Source: Lysobacterales bacterium (GTDB lineage Bacteria; Pseudomonadota; Gammaproteobacteria; Xanthomonadales; SZUA-5). Taken from it: DNA of 64,000 nucleotides. Positions 58,964-64,000 of this stretch are shown here, in pieces (within the stretch, counting starts at the first letter, position 1; each line of letters begins with the position of its first letter). Both the position numbers and the translations under genes were made by a program. Location: contig JALHMH010000023.1 in assembly GCA_022844165.1 (NCBI GenBank), positions 13,314-77,313 of the forward strand, written 5' to 3'. Below the pieces are notes generated by a model that saw only the letters and a program-made list of their open reading frames with translations, was not told the origin of the DNA and did not search any database.

Positions 58964-59839
58964 TCACAACCCAAACACTCTGCGGGCAATGAGACCGAGA
59001 AACGCGTCTTGCTGCTCGTCGTTGAGATGCAGCGATGGTAGGCCGTCCAGACACCGCTGCGGCGAAAGCATCGGCCAGTTGGTGCCAAACATGACGCGTC
59101 CTGCGCCCGGCCCTTTCATCCAGCGGACGAAGGCCTCTGGCAATCGGTTCAAGGCATACGCGGAAGTGTCCACGTAGAAGTTTGGAAACTTGATCGCAAG
59201 CGTGGTCAGCTCATCGATCCACGGAAAGCCGACGTGGCCACCGATCACCGTCAGCTCCGGGAAGTCCAGGAGGACCTCTTCCAGGTAAGGAATCAAGCGC
59301 CCGGTCTCCGATCGACGTAGCGGCCCGGTGTGGCCAATCTGTGTGCAGAACGGAACACCTGCATCAATGCATGCCGCGTAAATCGGATAGTAGCGGCGGT
59401 CATTGGGTGGCAGCCCCCATAACCAAGGCACCATTCGGACGCCGACAAAACGTTTGCCATCGACCCAGCGGCGGATTTCGCGCACTGCTTTCATCGGATC
59501 GTTCAAATCCGCCGATGCCAAACCACGAAAGCGCTCCGGCGCCGTGGCGATTTGATCGGCCACTTCAGCATTGCTGATCAGATCGCCTTCGGGCCCATAC
59601 CAAGCCGATAACAGCGCGATATCGACACCCGCAGCGTCCATCGCTTGTAGCGTTGAATGTGGCGTTGCGACAGCTGACTCCACGCTACTGCCAATCCAGC
59701 GCAGCAGAGGTTCCATCCAGGGCCGGCTGGCCATTCGCGGCGTTACGATTTGCGCCCAGACGTCAACGATCGCCGGTCGCCGGTCGTTGCCGGCGGCGGC
59801 CGGCAGTTCAGTCAAATTCTTGTCTTTTTGCCCGGTCAT
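58964..59839 (-). CDS. Amidohydrolase-2 family protein
   Basis: MDAAGVD, YYPIYAAC, LDFPELTVIGGHVGFPW, YVDTSA, VMFGTNWP. Confidence 0.9.
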   Translation of the reverse strand: MTGQKDKNLTELPAAAGNDRRPAIVDVWAQIVTPRMASRPWMEPLLRWIGSSVESAVATPHSTLQAMDAAGVDIALLSAWYGPEGDLISNAEVADQIATAPERFRGLASADLNDPMKAVREIRRWVDGKRFVGVRMVPWLWGLPPNDRRYYPIYAACIDAGVPFCTQIGHTGPLRRSETGRLIPYLEEVLLDFPELTVIGGHVGFPWIDELTTLAIKFPNFYVDTSAYALNRLPEAFVRWMKGPGAGRVMFGTNWPMLSPQRCLDGLPSLHLNDEQQDAFLGLIARRVFGL

Positions 59840-59856
59840 GACGCGCCTCCTGGCGT

Positions 59857-62409
59857 TCACTCGAAACCATCCCTGAACACACGGTCTGCGGCATCGTAAA
59901 ACCACACTCTTCCTGACGCCGCGGCTTCTGGGTAGTAACCGGCCACATCGACACGGTCGAAGTACCGCGGCGCCGCCACGACGATCTGATGAACTCCGGT
60001 GTTCGTATCGCCTGACAGTATGGCGGCGTGGTCACCGAATCGTGTCGGTGCTGGGAAATCTGGTGGAGGCGGCGCCAGACGTTGTACCGTATTGGTTCCG
60101 GGATGCAGCAGGTATGACGCACCGAGCTGCGGGAAGGGCTGGTCGACGGAGGACGCCAGCGCAGCGGACGCGAGCACGGACCCGAATCGCGCATCAACGA
60201 AGAACCCATACCAATCACCCTCGCGCACGCCGGATGGATTCGGCAAAGTCTGCTGGGTGCACGAGAAGCCGGCAATGATGTCCCGGAAGCAGCTCACTCG
60301 GGTGAGCGAGCCAGTGCGCACATCGTTTTGTTTTGCTTGCGGCGCCCCCACGTACAGCACCGCGCTATCGGGCGTGGTGCTTTCGGTCGCGATCGATGTG
60401 CCAAAGTATCCGAAGTCGTTCGGCACCTGTGGGTAAATTTCATAGTCCAAAGTCGGGCCGCTATCCAGATCCCGATAGACCCGCACAATGCCGCTGAATG
60501 GCGTGCCGGAAGCGCTGAATCCCCAGGACGAAATGTACAGCCGATGCCCGATCAGCACCATCGATGCGGGTAGCGAGCCCATGCGCTCGCCGGCGGTAGC
60601 AAACACTGGCGGTTCGATGCGCTGTTGCAGCTGCCACCGATCACTCTCAAAGCGATACAGATACGCGCGGCCGGTGTCGGCGGCGCGCCCTGCAACATCT
60701 TCCAAGTGCGCCGCGATCACGACACGATTGGCATCTATTCGATCGAAGACCACCGAGCTACCAAACTGCGCGCCCGCCTGTGGTGTGGGAGCCAGAATTC
60801 GCTGCCGAATTTGCCATTGCCCTAGCGCGAATTCGTAGACGAATACCGCACCGATATCCCGGCCATGCACGGGATGGTCGTAGCCTGTCGCAGCCACCAT
60901 GGCGATATTGCCGCGAAGCACGATAGGTTGGCCGAGCAGGTGCCCATCGCCGGCTGGTTGCTCATCGAACTCTGGGGGCGTCGGTAGTTCACCCGACAGT
61001 ACCCACTGCTCGGCACGCCGCTCATAGTAAAAAATCCTGCCGTGCTGCAAGTTGAGTGCATTCTCGGCGCCCGGTGCCGACACCAGGAGTCGATCCGGTC
61101 CGTCCGCCGCTACTTGACCGCCGAAGAAGTCTCGTGCCACACCGTCCGGTGAGCTGAGTATCAGTTCTCTGGTCCAGAAACCCTGTTGTGGGAACGACCG
61201 TAAATCGATTTGTGGGACATCGCGTGGACCAAAGTCCCCTGTGATGACCCCGGTGTCGCTCACGCCAACGAACCCATCGCCGATCACCACCTGGCGGCCG
61301 TAGTCATCCGGTTGGTTGTCGAGATCTGCCAACGTGGTGCTGCGTTGCCACACTCCGTTGACCAGGCGAAATGCCACCGCCCCACCGATGACCGTGGTGT
61401 CCACCTGTCGATTCGGATGACCGACGAGCAGCATGTCCCCACGCAAGGCGACGCTGGATCCGAATTTGCTTAGGTCTCCGGTGTTTGCGGGTTTTTCCAG
61501 TGTGTGGCCTGCTGGAACCTGCCAAGCGCCGTCTTGCTCACGGTATACCCAAGCCCGTTCGCGACTTTCGTCGCCCACCGCCAGACGCTCGCCGTCCCAA
61601 GCCAGCGCGCAGCCAAAGCATCCCGGTGGGCCGCCTTCAATTTGTGTGTCGGTCCGGATCACTTCAGCAGGCAGCCTCAACTCGCTGTGCGGTTGCCAGT
61701 CCGTGCCGAGCTCCAAAATGGTTGTGACACCCAAGCCTGCGTTTTGCGCTGGGAAGCCAATAGCCACACGACGGCCGGATGCGGCCATGGAATTTGGTGC
61801 CGTGTCGCTGAGATCGTTGATTTCAGCCCGCGGGCCCAGGGACCACCGACTACCGTTGCGCACCACTGCCACGATCTCGTTGTAGGAGCCGTTGTTGCCT
61901 TGCGGGTATCGAATGGCGAGCGCTAATAGGTCATTCGACAATGCTGAGGCGCGGATCTGCGTTCCGCTAGCATCGGATACTGCCGCAGGAACCGACAGCG
62001 TCTGCGTTGATTGCCATCCCGCTGCAGTCCGCGTGTACAGCCGGACCAAGACCCCAAACGAATCTGGCCGCTCACGTGTGCTCACTGCGAAAGTGTCCTC
62101 GTATAGCTCAATTTCAACATCTCCCCCGGTCGGGTTCGGAATCGCCCACTGGGCTTCAAGCCGCCAGACGCCACCGATACGTGCGTAGACGCGCGCCTGA
62201 ACCTCAAAGCTACCGGGCAGAGCGCTGAGCGTTGCCAGGCGGTTGCCCGCCGCGACCGCCGCGATCTGTTCCGAGCGAAATCCGCTGGTGCTTGAAGTGG
62301 CGGGGTGGCGCAGGCTGCCGGCGAGGTTCAACTGAGCTTGTTGCGCCCACGCGAACGATGCAGAGAGTGCCGCGAACGTCAATAGAAGGCGCTGTAGTTT
62401 CGACTGCAT
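59857..62409 (-). CDS. Secreted FG-GAP/beta-propeller repeat protein with C-terminal GFE motif
   Basis: Signal peptide; repeated FGSSVA/FGGQVA/FGTSIA...GAP...GAV blades; ends DRVFRDGFE. Confidence 0.88.
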   Translation of the reverse strand: MQSKLQRLLLTFAALSASFAWAQQAQLNLAGSLRHPATSSTSGFRSEQIAAVAAGNRLATLSALPGSFEVQARVYARIGGVWRLEAQWAIPNPTGGDVEIELYEDTFAVSTRERPDSFGVLVRLYTRTAAGWQSTQTLSVPAAVSDASGTQIRASALSNDLLALAIRYPQGNNGSYNEIVAVVRNGSRWSLGPRAEINDLSDTAPNSMAASGRRVAIGFPAQNAGLGVTTILELGTDWQPHSELRLPAEVIRTDTQIEGGPPGCFGCALAWDGERLAVGDESRERAWVYREQDGAWQVPAGHTLEKPANTGDLSKFGSSVALRGDMLLVGHPNRQVDTTVIGGAVAFRLVNGVWQRSTTLADLDNQPDDYGRQVVIGDGFVGVSDTGVITGDFGPRDVPQIDLRSFPQQGFWTRELILSSPDGVARDFFGGQVAADGPDRLLVSAPGAENALNLQHGRIFYYERRAEQWVLSGELPTPPEFDEQPAGDGHLLGQPIVLRGNIAMVAATGYDHPVHGRDIGAVFVYEFALGQWQIRQRILAPTPQAGAQFGSSVVFDRIDANRVVIAAHLEDVAGRAADTGRAYLYRFESDRWQLQQRIEPPVFATAGERMGSLPASMVLIGHRLYISSWGFSASGTPFSGIVRVYRDLDSGPTLDYEIYPQVPNDFGYFGTSIATESTTPDSAVLYVGAPQAKQNDVRTGSLTRVSCFRDIIAGFSCTQQTLPNPSGVREGDWYGFFVDARFGSVLASAALASSVDQPFPQLGASYLLHPGTNTVQRLAPPPPDFPAPTRFGDHAAILSGDTNTGVHQIVVAAPRYFDRVDVAGYYPEAAASGRVWFYDAADRVFRDGFE

Positions 62410-62664
62410 AGCGGATGTCCGAAGGGCGACAGTGCGTGAGACGGATTCGCGACCCTTGATAGGGACATTTGGCTCAGGACACCTGCCGCACGAGCACGGT
62501 TCTCCGCAACGCTGGCTACAGATTTTCAACCGCGACAGCGATGCCCTATTCGAACGCCAAACATCGTCTCTGCGCTCAGGTCGTCCTGGACGCTGTCCTC
62601 ACGAATGCCGCGGCTGCATTACCGACCTTCGAACTGAACATCGACGCCAAGAGAAGGAAGCAAC

Positions 62665-63105
62665 ATGATCGAAAAGAGAATCGCCGTCGCTGCTGCACCT
62701 GCAACGATCTTTCGCATCTATCAGGACGTTGAGCATTGGAACGTCTGGGATCCGGATACACGTTCGGCGTGGCTCGAGAGCGGGCTTGTGCTCGGGTCGA
62801 CCGGCCGACTAACGCCGACGCGGGGGCGCGCGGTACCGATGCAGGTGACTTCTCTCGAGGTCGGTCGCCACTTTACAGTGAGCAGTCGAACGCCGTTGTT
62901 TCGCATCGACTTTGAGCACGAACTCATACCGTTTTGGTGTGGCACCAAAGTCGTCCATAGAATCCGGTTTTTTGGCCTGTTGAAGGGTGTACTGGCCAGG
63001 CTTCTTGGCCCCGGTATTGACGCAGGATTACCCGAGACCCTGCGACGCTTGAAAGCACTCGCCGAGGCGAAGGCGCGCCAGGGAAATGCGGGGCTGCCGG
63101 CATGA
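62665..63105 (+). CDS. SRPBCC/polyketide cyclase family protein
   Basis: IFRIYQDVEHWNVWDPD...LRRLKALAE; AAGGA RBS. Confidence 0.85.
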   Translation: MIEKRIAVAAAPATIFRIYQDVEHWNVWDPDTRSAWLESGLVLGSTGRLTPTRGRAVPMQVTSLEVGRHFTVSSRTPLFRIDFEHELIPFWCGTKVVHRIRFFGLLKGVLARLLGPGIDAGLPETLRRLKALAEAKARQGNAGLPA

Positions 63106-63449
63106 AACGGATGCTGAGCATCGGCCTGGCCGTTGTCATTGCCAGCGGATGCTCGTCCGTTCCGACCTTGCGCCGCGATCAAGTGCTCGCCACGCCCAGC
63201 GACAGGATCGTAGGCGTTTGGGTGTCCGTGCAGACCGTATCCGCCGAGCGATTCGAATTGCGGGTGACGACGATGGACGGCGAATCGCTCCGTGGTGAAA
63301 CCGAGAACGGCCGTATCGAAATCCCGCTCGACCAAATTGTTTCGCTTCAAGTCGAGCGTAAGAGCGTGCCGAAAACGGTCGGAGTTGTTGCCGCTGTGCT
63401 GACAGGAATCTATCTGACCCTCGCCGCCATTCTTGTTGCGACTTTTTAA
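63102..63449 (+). CDS. Hypothetical lipoprotein
   Basis: ATGA coupling, lipobox IASGC, C-terminal TM helix. Confidence 0.72.
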   Translation: MKRMLSIGLAVVIASGCSSVPTLRRDQVLATPSDRIVGVWVSVQTVSAERFELRVTTMDGESLRGETENGRIEIPLDQIVSLQVERKSVPKTVGVVAAVLTGIYLTLAAILVATF

Positions 63450-63686
63450 TCGACACCCGATCAGCCTCGCTCCCAAATCGGCGCGATCACGGACCTGCTC
63501 TTTCTCGGCACACTGTGGTGCTCCACAACGTCGTGCTCAGCCACATCACGCACATCGCAAATGGCGAGGAACACTGTCCGCAACGGCACGTGATTGGCCG
63601 AATGCGCGACCGGTTGCTCATGGATGTTTAAAGGTTGCGTGAGAAGGGCGCGCCGGAGCGAACCGGCGCGCCGAGATCCGGCGATG

Positions 63687-64000
63687 TTACGGTTGTCGCT
63701 CAAGCGCACCCACGTCGGCGATGAAGCCATTGCGGTTGCTCACTTGCGGGAGATCGACAACGTTGCGTTGCAGCAAGTCGCCGCTCAGTCCGGCGTTAAC
63801 GGCATCAACCCCCGGCGACGAAACGTGCAACTGATACCAGCCGCGGGCGTGATCGAAGATTGGAGCGCCGGTCATATTGCGCGAATTCCACAATGCCAGC
63901 GTGGCATCGTGCGTCAGGTTGTCGAAGACATCGGCTTGGAAGGGCGCCTGCCCCGTGTATTGCAACACCGTGGTCCCGGGCTGGGCCACCAGGTTCGCAG
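63687..64000 (-). CDS. C-terminal part of a probable extracellular protein (choice-of-anchor Q-like ending); 5' end is outside the window
   Basis: Frame open to the window edge; SPGVDA...D...R...DVGALE resembles the SPAIDAG...DIGAFE tail. Confidence 0.65.
   Translation of the reverse strand, partial: ANLVAQPGTTVLQYTGQAPFQADVFDNLTHDATLALWNSRNMTGAPIFDHARGWYQLHVSSPGVDAVNAGLSGDLLQRNVVDLPQVSNRNGFIADVGALERQP

Noticed and set aside
63647-63672. GGCGCGCCGG/CCGGCGCGCC hairpin as a terminator
   Set aside because: Strong stem after the minus-strand stop but no clear U-tract; left uncalled

Overview
GC-rich (roughly 60-65% by eye) bacterial chromosome segment. Gene content and order (panD-pgi, ubiE-hrpB, trpS with a C-terminal extension, ECF/DUF3619/DUF3106 operon, proteins ending in DxxFxxGFE) suggest a Xanthomonadales/Lysobacterales-like gammaproteobacterium; this is inference. 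I count about 50 CDS plus tRNA-Lys(TTT). Housekeeping genes: folD, ndh, trpS, proA, proB, folE, pgi, panD, ubiE, hrpB. Transport loci: a sigma54-type MacAB-like ABC cluster with three tandem permeases, a TPAT/TRAP transporter, and a dctA-TonB receptor-hydrolase operon facing a DctB-like hybrid kinase. Signalling genes: a Ser/Thr kinase-TPR, BLUF, a propeller-GGDEF and an ECF operon. No transposase, integrase, CRISPR array or phage gene was seen. The most striking unexplained structure is non-coding: a ~240-bp CTAG-bounded, hairpin-rich dispersed repeat with 5 long copies and 3 end fragments. It brackets accessory genes, overlaps two stop codons and supplies the ribosome-binding site of two genes. 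Also present are a CTAG-bounded MITE, a GTAG-type REP doublet, a GGA-loop hairpin array and a candidate sRNA or attenuator upstream of panD. All family calls come from motifs recognised by eye; no searches were run.
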